From the NCBI GenBank assembly GCA_963746745.1, contig CAVVCL010000005.1, positions 28,733-92,732 of the forward strand: DNA of 64,000 bases, given 5' to 3'. Below, in pieces: positions 8,205-17,546 of this stretch. The notes under the pieces are model-generated. The model made no database searches, had not been told where the DNA came from, and saw nothing but the letters and a program-made list of their open reading frames with translations. Source of the DNA: an uncultured Chloroflexia bacterium (lineage in GTDB: Bacteria > Chloroflexota > Anaerolineae > Anaerolineales > Villigracilaceae). A program made the translations under genes and the position numbers. Each line of letters starts with the position of its first letter. Position 1 is the stretch's first letter.

Positions 8205-9365
8205 ATGAGCCAACGAGTGCAGGTATACGTCGGGACCGCCAAAGGCGGCTTTGTCTTCGAGAGCGATCGCGGCCGCAAGAAATGGAAGCCCGGCGACATT
8301 CAGTTCAAGAGCTGGAACGTCATGCACATGCAGCTCGATCCTCGTGATCAGCGCCTGCATGCTGCGACCTCCCATTTCGTGTACGGCCCCACCACGCACT
8401 ACTCGGACGACTTCGGCGCAACATGGACCCAGGCCAGGGAGGTTCCCGCGCTTCCGCGGCCCTCGAAGTCGGGGCGGCCGATGAGCACCGTCGATGAGAT
8501 GTTTCGGTCCGAGAGCGGCGATGCTGTCCAGGATACTCCGGAGAAGATGATCCAGGTTTGGAACATCACCCCCGGTCGCCCCGGCGAACCTGGCGTGGTT
8601 TACGCCGGCGCACAGCCCGCCTCCCTCTTCATATCACGTGATCGCGGCGAAACCTGGTCCATAAACGAGCCTCTCTACGACCACCCGCATCGCGGCAAGT
8701 TCAACCCGGGTGCCGGCGGCCTTTGCCTGCATACGATCATTCTCGACCCGTCCAATCCGGACCGAATGTACATCGCCATCTCAGCCGGTGGCTGCTACCG
8801 AACGGACGACGGCGGGCAGACGTGGGCACCGCATAACAAGGGCATCCGCGCCAACTACAGTCCGGATCCCTATCCCGAATTCGGTCAGTGCGTACACAAG
8901 CTGGCCATGCATCCGTCGAACCCGGACGTGCTGTATCAACAGAGTCATGACGGCATGTACCGCACCGACAATGGTGCCAAGGAATGGATCGACATCGGAG
9001 AAGGCAAGCTCCCCACCCGCTGGGGCCTGCCCATCGTCGTGCATCCGACCGAGCCTCGCACAGTCTACATCGCGCCGGCGGAAAGTGATCAATACCGCAT
9101 GAGCATCGACGGCCAGTTCACCGTCTGGCGCAGTAAGGATGCTGGCGAATCCTGGGAGCCCCTGCGCAAAGGTCTGCCCGAGAATGCCCGGCTTCTCGTC
9201 CTGCGCGATGCCATGGCCACCGATAGCTTTGAAGATGCAGGCATCTACGCGGGTACCAACACCGGTCAGCTTTTCTACAGCCGCGATTCAGGCGACACTT
9301 GGGAACTGATGGCAGACTTTCTTCCCCCAATCCATTCGGTCGAAGCGGCCGTCGTCGAAATGTAG
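8205..9365 (+). CDS. BNR/Asp-box repeat protein (sialidase-fold / xyloglucanase-like beta-propeller)
   Basis: ORF 8190..9365. Five Asp-boxes: SRDRGETW, TDDGGQTW, TDNGAKEW, SKDAGESW, SRDSGDTW. Start moved to ATG 8205, 5 nt after AGGAGG. Confidence 0.8.
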   Translation: MSQRVQVYVGTAKGGFVFESDRGRKKWKPGDIQFKSWNVMHMQLDPRDQRLHAATSHFVYGPTTHYSDDFGATWTQAREVPALPRPSKSGRPMSTVDEMFRSESGDAVQDTPEKMIQVWNITPGRPGEPGVVYAGAQPASLFISRDRGETWSINEPLYDHPHRGKFNPGAGGLCLHTIILDPSNPDRMYIAISAGGCYRTDDGGQTWAPHNKGIRANYSPDPYPEFGQCVHKLAMHPSNPDVLYQQSHDGMYRTDNGAKEWIDIGEGKLPTRWGLPIVVHPTEPRTVYIAPAESDQYRMSIDGQFTVWRSKDAGESWEPLRKGLPENARLLVLRDAMATDSFEDAGIYAGTNTGQLFYSRDSGDTWELMADFLPPIHSVEAAVVEM

Positions 9366-9384
9366 GAGCGACCCTTTCGCACGA

Positions 9385-9432
9385 GGCGGCCTCGAGCCGC
9401 CAGCGTGCATCCTGGCGCCATGCGGCGCCAGG
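9385..9432. terminator. Two GC-rich hairpins between convergent genes (putative bidirectional terminators)
   Basis: GGCGGC-CTCGA-GCCGCC (9385-9401) and CCTGGCGCC-ATGC-GGCGCCAGG (9411-9432). There is no clear U-tract. Confidence 0.4.
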
Positions 9433-9454
9433 GCATCTTCGCCCGAAATCCTGC

Positions 9455-11125
9455 CTACCTCCTCAGCGCCCGATACTTGATCCGATGAGGGCTGATATCC
9501 TTCCCCAGCTTCTCCCGCATGTACGCTTCGTAGTCTGACCAGTTTCCCAAAAACAATCGCGCTTGCGAGTCGCCCTCGAACGCCAGGATGTGCGTGCAGA
9601 TGCGGTCCAGGAACCAGCGGTCATGGCTCACCACGACGGCCGTCCCCGCAAACTCCTCGAGCGCCTCTTCCAGCGCCCGCAGCGTGTTGACGTCCAGATC
9701 GTTGGTCGGCTCATCCAGCAACAGCACGTTCGCCCCCTCGGTCAGCGTCTTGGCCAGATGCACGCGGTTGCGTTCGCCGCCTGAGAGCGTTCCCACCTTC
9801 TTCTGCTGGTCCGTGCCCATGAAGTTGAACGAGGCGCAGTAGGCCCTCGAATTCATTTTGCGCTTGCCGAGCGTGATCTCGTCCTCTCCGCCGCTGATCT
9901 CCTGCCACACGCTCTTCTCGCTATCCAGCGACCGCGCCTGGTCCGCGTACGCCAGCTTGACGGTCTCGCCGGTCTTGATACTGCCGCTGTCGGGCTGCTC
10001 CTGACCGGTGATCATCTTGAGCAGCGTCGTCTTGCCCGCGCCGTTCGGTCCGATCACCCCGATGATCGAGCCCGGCGGGATCTGCGCCGAGAACGCCTCC
10101 ATCAGCAGATGGTCGTCGTACGCCTTCGTCACTTTGTCCAGTTCGAACACGATGTCCCCCAGCCGCGGCCCCGGTGGGATGTAGATTTCCAGGTCTTCCC
10201 GCCTGTCCTCCGTCTCCTGGCTCAACAACTTCTCGTAGGCCGTGACGCGCGCCTGTCCTTTGGCCTGCCGGGCCTTGGGTGACATGCGGATCCACTCCAG
10301 CTCCCGCTCCAGCGTCTTCTGCCGTTTGCTCTCGCTCTTTTCCTCCAGGGCGAGACGCTGCTGCTTCTGCTCCAGCCACGAGGAGTAGTTGCCTTTCCAC
10401 GGAATGCCGTAGCCGCGGTCCAGCTCCAGGATCCATCCGGCGACGTTGTCGAGGAAATATCGGTCGTGCGTCACAGCGATGACGGTGCCCTTGTACTCCC
10501 GCAGATGATGTTCCAGCCACGCCACGGACTCGGCGTCCAGGTGGTTGGTCGGCTCGTCCAGCAGCAGGATATCGGGTTCGGTCAGCAGCAGACGGGTCAG
10601 CGCCACGCGCCTGCGCTCGCCTCCGGATAGCACCTTGACGAGCGCATCCGCCGGCGGACAGCGCAGCGCGTCCATCGCCAGGTCCAGGTGGCTGTCGAGG
10701 TTCCAGGCATCGTGCTTGTCGAGCTGCTCCTGCAGTTTGGCTTGCTCGGCAACAAGGGAGTCGAAGTCCGCATCCGCTTCGCCGAAAGCCGCATTGACCT
10801 CATCGTAGCGCTCGAGCATGTCGACGATCGGTTGCACGCCCTCGCGCACCACCTCGATCACGGTCTTGCTCTCATCCAGCTTCGGCTCCTGCTCAAGCAG
10901 CCCGACGGTGTACCCCTTGGACATGGCGATCTCGCCGACGTAGTCCTTGTCCACACCCGCCATGATGCGCAGCAGCGTCGACTTGCCCGCGCCGTTCAGG
11001 CCCAGCACCCCGATCTTGGCGCCGTAATAGAAGCCCAGCGAAATATCGCGCAGCACCTGCTTGTTGGGCGGATGAATGCGCCCAACTTTCACCATCGAGT
11101 AGATTACTTGCGTATCAGAAGGCAT
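9455..11125 (-). CDS. ettA: Energy-dependent translational throttle protein EttA (ABC-F ATPase)
   Basis: ORF 9455..11125, 556 aa. N-terminus MPSDTQVIYSMVKVGRIHPPNKQVLRDISLGFYYGAKIGVLGLNGAGKSTLLRIMAG. Two ABC cassettes (GLNGAGKST/LSGGERRRV and GPNGAGKTT/LSGGERNRV) and no TM domain. Confidence 0.92.
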   Translation of the reverse strand: MPSDTQVIYSMVKVGRIHPPNKQVLRDISLGFYYGAKIGVLGLNGAGKSTLLRIMAGVDKDYVGEIAMSKGYTVGLLEQEPKLDESKTVIEVVREGVQPIVDMLERYDEVNAAFGEADADFDSLVAEQAKLQEQLDKHDAWNLDSHLDLAMDALRCPPADALVKVLSGGERRRVALTRLLLTEPDILLLDEPTNHLDAESVAWLEHHLREYKGTVIAVTHDRYFLDNVAGWILELDRGYGIPWKGNYSSWLEQKQQRLALEEKSESKRQKTLERELEWIRMSPKARQAKGQARVTAYEKLLSQETEDRREDLEIYIPPGPRLGDIVFELDKVTKAYDDHLLMEAFSAQIPPGSIIGVIGPNGAGKTTLLKMITGQEQPDSGSIKTGETVKLAYADQARSLDSEKSVWQEISGGEDEITLGKRKMNSRAYCASFNFMGTDQQKKVGTLSGGERNRVHLAKTLTEGANVLLLDEPTNDLDVNTLRALEEALEEFAGTAVVVSHDRWFLDRICTHILAFEGDSQARLFLGNWSDYEAYMREKLGKDISPHRIKYRALRR

Positions 11126-11143
11126 ACGAGGGATTCTACTCCC

Positions 11144-11211
11144 CGCCGACCTCCGGGGTCTCCAGGACCTCGGAGGTCTAGGTCTGGAGGTCTTACCGAC
11201 CTCGGAGGTCT
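11144..11211. repeat. Tandem 18-bp repeat array (about 4 units) with palindromic core GACCTCSGRGGTC
   Basis: Units CGCCGACCTCCGGGGTCT, CCAGGACCTCGGAGGTCT, a truncated AGGTCTGGAGGTCT, and TACCGACCTCGGAGGTCT. The array starts 19 nt upstream of the ettA start. It is followed (11212-11265) by ACACTACGCCGCCCGCGACACCCCCTTCGCGGCCGTGCCCGTCT, homologous to the 3' end of the DinB gene at 13499-13545. Confidence 0.8.
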
Positions 11212-11412
11212 ACACTACGCCGCCCGCGACACCCCCTTCGCGGCCGTGCCCGTCTACCTCGTCCGGCGTGAACCACGGTAAAATCAGATGCTCCAAGGGC
11301 GCGAAGCTGCGCCGCCCCACTTACAACTACGATCAGCTCGTATTGCTCCCTTAGCGGTCGGTGGATCGGGAAAGCCCTAGCTACATCACACCGCCCGCCT
11401 CAGGAGGGCGCA

Positions 11413-12636
11413 ATGCTGAGACCAAAGTCTCTCCCGCAAACAGGCCTCGTCTTTCTGTGTTGCGCGCTGTTGGCCGCCTGCGGCACGGCCAAGGGCGAAC
11501 CCGTCTCTACGTCGGTCCCGACCTTGGCCCCACAGATCCAGTCGCAGCACATCGTGGATCTGGTGGATCAGCATCTCATTACCGCCAACATCACCGGCAT
11601 CAGCATGGACGCGCTGGCGCTGCGAATTCAAAGCCTGTCCTCGCGGGCCCTGCAGGTGGAGATTCCCGCCGGCACGTTCTTCGTGGCCCGCAATCCACAA
11701 GTGCAGAATATGGTTGCCAGGCACCCCACCAGCGTCCTGATCCAGCCTTTAGAGAAGGTCGAACTCACGGTGGACGCGGCCTGCGCCAGCGTGCGGCGGG
11801 CTGAACCTGGCAGCACCGACACATTCGGCATTGTGCGGGCCTCTGAGGAACCCGACCTCGGCAAGATGATCGAGACGCTCAACAAGGCGGACGTGCCGTA
11901 TCCCGTGGAACAGGCGGCTATCTGGATCGTGACCGATGATGCCTCGTACGATGATCTGGGGATGCTCGTCGGCGGTTCGCCCTACGGCTCCGCGCTGATC
12001 GGCGAGAACCAAGCGGTGCGGGCCATGCAGTTGGTCAGCGACGCTGGGTTGGACATCACCCGGCACGCGATCTGGAGCGAGGCGGACACGCTGCGATCCA
12101 AGGTGACCGATGCGGACCTGACCGCCTGGCTGGATGCGCAGATGGCGCAGGCCCCGACGTCGACGCAATCCGCAGCGGCGCCCTCGACCTCCGGCGACGA
12201 CGGAGAACCGATCAGCCAATGGGCCATACGTGCCAAGGCGGACTATGAGTCGGTCCCGGGCTCGGCGGGGCAGGCGGCCGGCGCGCCCGACACCTCCGGC
12301 TGCGGGGATCAGCCAACCGCCTGGGCTACAGGCGACACCAATACGCGGGCCACGCTCACGCTTTGGTACACCCAGTCGGTCATTCCAAGCAGCATCGTGA
12401 TTCACCAAACCTACAATCCCGGCGCGATCATTTCTGTCAAGGTCCGGGATCAGTTTGTCGATAAATGGTACGAGGTCTACGATGGCAAGGCGACGCTCGC
12501 GCCGGATTGTCCGCTCCCGTTGTTGATCCAAGTGACCGACGTGCCGGGAGTCGTGAGCATGGTCGAGATCAGTGTGGATCAGAGCCTTGCATGGACGCAG
12601 ATTGACGCTGTCGAATTGATCGGTACCAGGCCGTAG
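11413..12636 (+). CDS. Lipoprotein of unknown function
   Basis: ORF 11413..12636. SD GGAGGG precedes the start. Lipobox LLAAC in MLRPKSLPQTGLVFLCCALLAACGTAKG. I recognised no catalytic motif. Confidence 0.7.
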   Translation: MLRPKSLPQTGLVFLCCALLAACGTAKGEPVSTSVPTLAPQIQSQHIVDLVDQHLITANITGISMDALALRIQSLSSRALQVEIPAGTFFVARNPQVQNMVARHPTSVLIQPLEKVELTVDAACASVRRAEPGSTDTFGIVRASEEPDLGKMIETLNKADVPYPVEQAAIWIVTDDASYDDLGMLVGGSPYGSALIGENQAVRAMQLVSDAGLDITRHAIWSEADTLRSKVTDADLTAWLDAQMAQAPTSTQSAAAPSTSGDDGEPISQWAIRAKADYESVPGSAGQAAGAPDTSGCGDQPTAWATGDTNTRATLTLWYTQSVIPSSIVIHQTYNPGAIISVKVRDQFVDKWYEVYDGKATLAPDCPLPLLIQVTDVPGVVSMVEISVDQSLAWTQIDAVELIGTRP

Positions 12637-12686
12637 TGTTGCAGCTATCACGGGCCGGCTCGCCGCGCATCGCAAGGAGGGGCTGA

Positions 12687-13385
12687 ATGGACACAGTGAA
12701 GAGGAATCCCGGAACGCATACTAAACCTGTCGCCGCGTGGCGATCGGCGTGTTGGGCGGTCGCGGTCGTCCTGGCTTTGATTCTAGCCGGATGCGCTGCC
12801 CGGCGGAGTCCACAGCAGGCAGCCGAACTGTCAAGCCCCGAGGCCGGAAGCAACGTACCGGCTGCGACGGCCGGAAGCGTTCGACCGGCCGGGCAGCCCG
12901 CAGACTACCCGGTCCCGCATAAGAAGATGCTGGTGTTCAAGAAGGCGCTCAGCCAGACCCAGTATGAGGTCTTGAACGCCTCGGTTGCCATGCCCGGCTA
13001 TGCTTCTGCGCCGATCATCCGGCAATACCAGCCGCCCCTCAGCATTCCGGCTGGCTCTGCCAGCGTGCCGGCCTACAATCCTGCCACGTCCGTGAGGGTG
13101 CCCGCGTTCGCCTACAGCCTGCCGGTCGTGGACTACGATCCGGTTGAATTCCCGCCGATGTACTTCCAGGGGCCCGGGATCCCGTATGCGAATCGGAACT
13201 ATGTTCCGCCGATTTCAAATCCCTATTCGAACTTTACCTCACCCACCTTCAACAACCCGCCGACGTTGTACCAGCCCCCGACGTTCTATAACCCGCCTAC
13301 GTTCTACCAGCCCCCGACCTTTTACAACCCACCGACCTTCTATAATCCACCCACGTTCTACAACCCGCCGTCCACCTGGCCGTAG
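12687..13385 (+). CDS. Proline-rich lipoprotein with C-terminal PPTFY(N/Q) hexapeptide repeats
   Basis: ORF 12687..13385. Lipobox LILAGC. C-terminus NPPTLYQPPTFYNPPTFYQPPTFYNPPTFYNPPTFYNPPSTWP. Confidence 0.7.
   Translation: MDTVKRNPGTHTKPVAAWRSACWAVAVVLALILAGCAARRSPQQAAELSSPEAGSNVPAATAGSVRPAGQPADYPVPHKKMLVFKKALSQTQYEVLNASVAMPGYASAPIIRQYQPPLSIPAGSASVPAYNPATSVRVPAFAYSLPVVDYDPVEFPPMYFQGPGIPYANRNYVPPISNPYSNFTSPTFNNPPTLYQPPTFYNPPTFYQPPTFYNPPTFYNPPTFYNPPSTWP
13257..13364 (+). repeat. Six in-frame 18-bp coding repeats (PPT(F/L)Y(N/Q))
   Basis: Period 18 nt. The units differ mainly at synonymous positions (CCC CCG ACG TTC TAT AAC / CCG CCT ACG TTC TAC CAG / CCA CCG ACC TTC TAT AAT ...). Confidence 0.9.
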
Positions 13386-13392
13386 CCTAGGG

Positions 13393-13498
13393 TAGACCTC
13401 GGAGGCCTTACCGACCTCGCACGTCTTTCCGACCTCCGACGTCTCACCTACCTCGCACGTCTTCCCGACCTCCGAGGTCTTACCGACCTCGGAGGTCT
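13393..13498. repeat. Tandem 18-bp repeat array (6 units) with palindromic core GACCTC-N-GAGGTC
   Basis: Unit starts fall at 13409, 13427, 13445, 13463 and 13481 (exact 18-nt period): TACCGACCTCGCACGTCT, TTCCGACCTCCGACGTCT, CACCTACCTCGCACGTCT, TCCCGACCTCCGAGGTCT, TACCGACCTCGGAGGTCT. The last unit plus ACACTACGC is identical to the end of the 11144-11211 array. Confidence 0.9.
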
Positions 13499-13501
13499 AC
13501 A

Positions 13502-14023
13502 CTACGCGGCCCGCCCTACCCACTTCGCGGCCTTGCCCGTCTGCTGTCCCAGGAACATGCGCAATTGCGATCCGTGCTCCTGCACATGTCTCAGATTGTA
13601 GAGCTGTAGCTCGGCGAAGGTCATCTCTCCCCATGGGAAACGGCACATCCGGCCGGCCTCTTCGTCTGACATCCCGCCAATGATCTTCTTGGACTTTTCC
13701 CGGCAGTATTCCAGGTAATTGAGCAATTCCTCGCGCGTGTACGTCCGCGGCAGGGACTCGCCGGCTTCCATCTCGGTCAGGTCAAAAGGCGCGGGCGGAG
13801 CAAAGCCCTCTTCTGTGCCAGTCACGTACAGGTCCAGCCAGAACAGCGCGTGATAGCCCAGGTACCAGAATTTGGCGAAACCGGCTGCCACCCATTGATC
13901 TGCCTGGTCACCCCAAAGGCTCTGCTCCCACAGTTCATCCGGGCAGTCGCGGATCGGCTCGCGCAGCATGTCGATCGCTGCTCCAAACTGGCGCCACAAC
14001 ATTTCATTCCCAATGATGCTCAT
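13502..14023 (-). CDS. DinB superfamily protein
   Basis: ORF 13502..14068; start set at ATG 14023 (MSIIGNEMLWRQFGAAIDMLREPIRDCPDELWEQ...). C-terminal ELQLYNLRHVQEHGSQL is the typical DinB-fold His-containing helix. Confidence 0.75.
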   Translation of the reverse strand: MSIIGNEMLWRQFGAAIDMLREPIRDCPDELWEQSLWGDQADQWVAAGFAKFWYLGYHALFWLDLYVTGTEEGFAPPAPFDLTEMEAGESLPRTYTREELLNYLEYCREKSKKIIGGMSDEEAGRMCRFPWGEMTFAELQLYNLRHVQEHGSQLRMFLGQQTGKAAKWVGRAA

Positions 14024-14286
14024 TGCACGGTTTCTCCAGCGTCCTTGCCAGGGGCACCATGTTCCCATCCCTCCCTAAATTCCGTGCTCTCCGGCATTTG
14101 GGGATCGCGGAGCATCCTGTAAGGAGGGACCGAGGGTGGGGCCTTGCGTGCCACCCATTGATCGGCCTGGTCGCCCCACAGACTCTGCTCCCACAGTTCA
14201 TCCGGGCAGTCGCGGATCGGCTCGCGCAGCATGTCGATCGCTGCTCCAAACTGGCGCCACAGCATATCAGCATCAATGATCGTCAT
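14020..14286 (-). pseudogene. Duplicated 5' fragment of a DinB-family gene fused to unrelated sequence
   Basis: ORF 14020..14286. The first 46 aa (MTIIDADMLWRQFGAAIDMLREPIRDCPDELWEQSLWGDQADQWVA) are near-identical to the neighbouring DinB N-terminus, then the sequence diverges. Its TGA overlaps the ATG of the intact gene (ATGA). GATAGAAT lies 7 nt upstream of its ATG. Confidence 0.7.
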
Positions 14287-14651
14287 TGTACGGATTCTAT
14301 CGCAGGCGCGGCAGAAAGCCCACGGCTATTGCCGCTGCGGCGTTGGCTGTCAGCGCTGTGGCAGTGTGCTTCCCCGATGCATTTGAGGTATGATTGCGTC
14401 TGCCTGAAGGCCGTTGTCCAGCCCGGATATTCCCAATTTGGGTGGGTGTGTCGTCGAGTATCTGTTTTCGCCATCGAGGCCGTACGTTTCAGGAAGGTTT
14501 GTCAGACCGGCCACGCGGCTCGTCTGAGACCAGCCCAATCATCCCCCACAAGTCTTCTGATTTCCTCCTCCACCGCACCTGGTGGCAAGGTCTCAGCTTC
14601 TCCACTTGCCTGAGTTTGTTGCAGCCGCTATCGCCCACAAGGAGATGAAGA

Positions 14652-15440
14652 ATGATACGCACAAGCACGGCCGACGCCTATGTGAATCCTGAAAAGCAGG
14701 ACGCGGCTCAGATCGCGGAAAGTCATCCGATTGGGAAGTCGATCGTTCTGCACTTGCTACCCGGGCTGTTGGCCCTGGCGCTGTTCAGCGTGCTGGCCCG
14801 TCCGATCGAAGGGTTGGGGTATCCATCGGCGATGCCATGGCTTATTACCGTCTTGTGCCTGGAGATTCCTTTTGAACTGGGCTATATGCTCTATGAAGGT
14901 CGGCGGAGGAATGGCCGCCTGTCTCTCGATGGCGTCATCGCGTATCGCCAGCATCTAAAGGTTGGGCAGATCGTCCTCTGGGCGTCTCTCATTTTCGTCG
15001 CCGTGCTGGTTCTATATGTGTTGTCCGGACCTGTAACACAAGCGCTTCAGACAACAGCCTTCGGCTGGGTTCCTGGTTGGTTTGTCTTTGATACGGGCTT
15101 GGAAGGTGGCGGGTTCACCCGGTCCGCATTGTTGATCGTCAATCTTGCCAGCGTATTGGTTTTTGTCGTCGGCGTTCCAATCGTCGAAGAAATGTACTTC
15201 CGTGGCTATCTTCTGCCCCGGATTTCGTATCTCGGCATGTGGGCCGTCCTGGTGAATGCCCTCCTGTTTGCGCTTTATCATTTCACCACACCCTGGGTAT
15301 TCGTCACGCGTGCGCTTATCACTTTGCCGTTGGCCTACGTGGCCTATCGAAAGCAGAACATCATTCCCGGCATTGTGGTGCATAGCATCGCCAACAGCGT
15401 CGACGTGGTGATGGGATTCCTGTACGTTGCTGGCATGTAG
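14652..15440 (+). CDS. CPBP family intramembrane glutamic endopeptidase (CAAX protease/Abi family)
   Basis: ORF 14652..15440. EEMYFRGYLLPR, FALYHF and HSIANS are the three conserved CPBP motifs. Multiple TM helices. SD AAGGAG. Confidence 0.85.
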   Translation: MIRTSTADAYVNPEKQDAAQIAESHPIGKSIVLHLLPGLLALALFSVLARPIEGLGYPSAMPWLITVLCLEIPFELGYMLYEGRRRNGRLSLDGVIAYRQHLKVGQIVLWASLIFVAVLVLYVLSGPVTQALQTTAFGWVPGWFVFDTGLEGGGFTRSALLIVNLASVLVFVVGVPIVEEMYFRGYLLPRISYLGMWAVLVNALLFALYHFTTPWVFVTRALITLPLAYVAYRKQNIIPGIVVHSIANSVDVVMGFLYVAGM

Positions 15441-15616
15441 TTCTGATATCCATCGCGGGCAGGGCATCGGCTGTTCTTTCAGAATGATGGAGAGGCGGCT
15501 GGAAATCCCCCGTAGCGCCCGGCGACAGGACGGGGTCTTCCAGCCGCTGCGTTCAGGGCTCAGGTCGTATGCGAGGCCCATCCGCCTCCTTTCATCACCC
15601 AGGATCCCCAAACATA

Positions 15617-15835
15617 CAGGCCGCCGCAGAGGCGGCCTTTGCTTCTACTCCGAGGCTCTCTCCCTCACTCGGACCGGCTGCAACTTCAGCGCCTCACACC
15701 CTGACGCCTACTTCTTCTTCTTGGCGCCCCGTCATGCAACCGCTGCCGCGTTGGCTGCCACCGCCGCGCGGATGAGCTGCTCAAAGGCCCCTACGTTGAT
15801 CTTCCCCCCTTCGTGGGTGTCGATTGCGCGCCGGC
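15617..15835. repeat. Decayed duplicate segments: hairpin plus desaturase 3'-end-like segment (15617-15700) joined to a DUF1801 3'-end-like segment (15708-15835)
   Basis: By eye, about 80% identical to 19984-20075 and 19480-19605 respectively. The reverse strand of 15715-15835 translates as RRAIDTHEGGKINVGAFEQLIRAAVAANAAAVA*, against GNVRRAIDFHEGEKINEAAFKQLIRAAVAANTAAVA in the full copy. Confidence 0.7.
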
Positions 15836-16041
15836 GAGCGGCGGATTAGAGCGGAACACAACGGGCGCCGACCCTTCAATCCGGCCGGCGCGCGACGGCC
15901 CGCGCCCTTTCCCGGCAGGATGACAATTATCCGGGTTGAGAGGGACGATTGTTCGAGAAAAAAAGGGATGAACATCAGATGTGGGCCAATCCATTCTTCA
16001 ATAAACTCCGGCCGTAAGAGTTTGTTCCGGGGAGGTCGGGC

Positions 16042-17248
16042 ATGAAGAAGTGTCTCAGAGGGCTCTGCACAGCTGCCGTAATATTGTCCGGAATGGTGTT
16101 GCTGATCCTGGTAGCCGCCGTCGTGGCATATCCGCCCGAGTATGTGTACCGTACCATTGCCTGGCAAGAGTCTGGACGCGTTCGATTGGCAGAAGTTTCC
16201 TTTCCATCCGCTTAAGGCTGCGCCGAGCGCGTTCCACTTCGCCTCCGCGCCCGACCCCCGCGTGAAGACACTGTTCGAGGAGCTGTCCGGTGCGCAGGAC
16301 TGGGACGTCTTCCTTGCGGCCAATCAGACCCAGGCATTTATCGTCATCCAGGATGGGTCCGTCCGGTACGAACAGTACTTCAACAACACCAAGCGGGACT
16401 CGATTGTGACCTCCTTTTCGGTCGCCAAGTCCTGGGTATCGGCACTGATCGGCACGGCAATTCAGGAGGGCTACATCAAAAGCGTCGACCAGCCCATCAC
16501 GGATTACCTGCCCGAGCTCGCGGCGCGTGATGCCCGGTTCGATCAGATCACCATCCGTCACCTTCTTCTGATGGCCTCGGGTCTGGAGTACCAGGAGTTC
16601 CGGCCTCTCCTGCTCAACAGCGACGACATCCTGACCACCTATTATCCCGACCAGCGCAAGATTTCGCTCGCGAACCCGCAAATAATCGATCGGCCGGGAG
16701 AGTATTTCCACTACAACAAGTACCATCCGCAATTGCTCGGAATGATTCTTGAGCGCGCCACCGGCATGACCGTGACCCAGTACTTGCAGACCCGGCTCTG
16801 GGACAAGCTGGGCATGGAATTCGACGGCTCGTGGTCCACCGATAGCAAGGCAAGCGACTTCGAGAAGATGGAGACCGGCGTGAATACCCGCGCCATCGAT
16901 TCCGCCAAGTTCGGCGCGCTCTTCCTCAATCGGGGGGAGTGGCACGGACAGCAGGTGATCGCGGCTGACTGGGTGGATGAATCCACCAGCCCCTTGCTGC
17001 CGCCCAACTATGGCGACTACTATGAAAGTTGGTTTGCGTCGCTCCCGGGGCGCGCCTACTACAAGTACATGTGGTGGGGCATGGCTCGCGAAAATGGCGA
17101 TTACGATTTCTCCGCCGAAGGCGACAAGGGTCAATACATCTACGTGTCGCCGAGCAAACATCTGGTCATCGTCCGCCACGGCATCCAGTACGGCATCTCC
17201 ACCGAGGAATGGATGGGACTGTTCTACGACTTCGCCAGCCGCTACTGA
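16042..17248 (+). pseudogene. Serine hydrolase (beta-lactamase/PBP-like family), N-terminal signal-anchor separated by a frameshift near 16171-16176 (or assembly indel)
   Basis: ORF 16142..17248 carries the SxxK motif (SVAKSW) and the class C beta-lactamase-related fold. ATG 16042 (SD GGAGG) encodes MKKCLRGLCTAAVILSGMVLLILVAAVVAYPPEYVYRTIAWQES in the -1 frame, which would join LDAFDWQKFPFHPL. Confidence 0.7.
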
Positions 17249-17269
17249 TCGATCAGTCGTGCGCAGGAG

Positions 17270-17428
17270 TCAAGCCTGGGCGTCGGCGCCCGCCACCCAT
17301 TGATCGGCCCGGTCACCCCACAGGCTCTGCTCCCACAGTTCATCCGGGCAGTCGCGTATTGGCTCGCTCAGCATGTCGATCGCTGCTCCGAACTGGCGCC
17401 ACAGCATCTCGTTGCTAATGATTGTCAT
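17270..17428 (-). pseudogene. Third copy of the DinB 5' fragment (52 codons)
   Basis: Below the ORF-track length cutoff. The reverse strand gives MTIISNEMLWRQFGAAIDMLSEPIRDCPDELWEQSLWGDRADQWVAGADAQA*. It breaks at the same point (after DQWVA) as the 14020..14286 fragment and shares its upstream GCCTGCGATAGAATCC sequence. Confidence 0.7.
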
Positions 17429-17546
17429 TGCATGGATTCTATCGCAGGCACGAATCTCAGGGCCATTGCGTTGAGAACGGGTTGTGCGTTCGTGACTTAC
17501 GCGGCCATACGGCCATGAGAAGACAGAGCAGGATTAGAATGACCGC

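Noticed and set aside
13393-13498. Regularly spaced short repeats considered as a CRISPR array
   Set aside because: The period is only 18 nt with no spacers between units. The units are degenerate palindromes, and there are no cas genes. It fits REP/BIME-like tandem palindromes better.
16055-17179. 374-aa ORF on the minus strand
   Set aside because: Antisense to the serine hydrolase gene, which carries the SxxK motif. Typical GC-rich shadow ORF.
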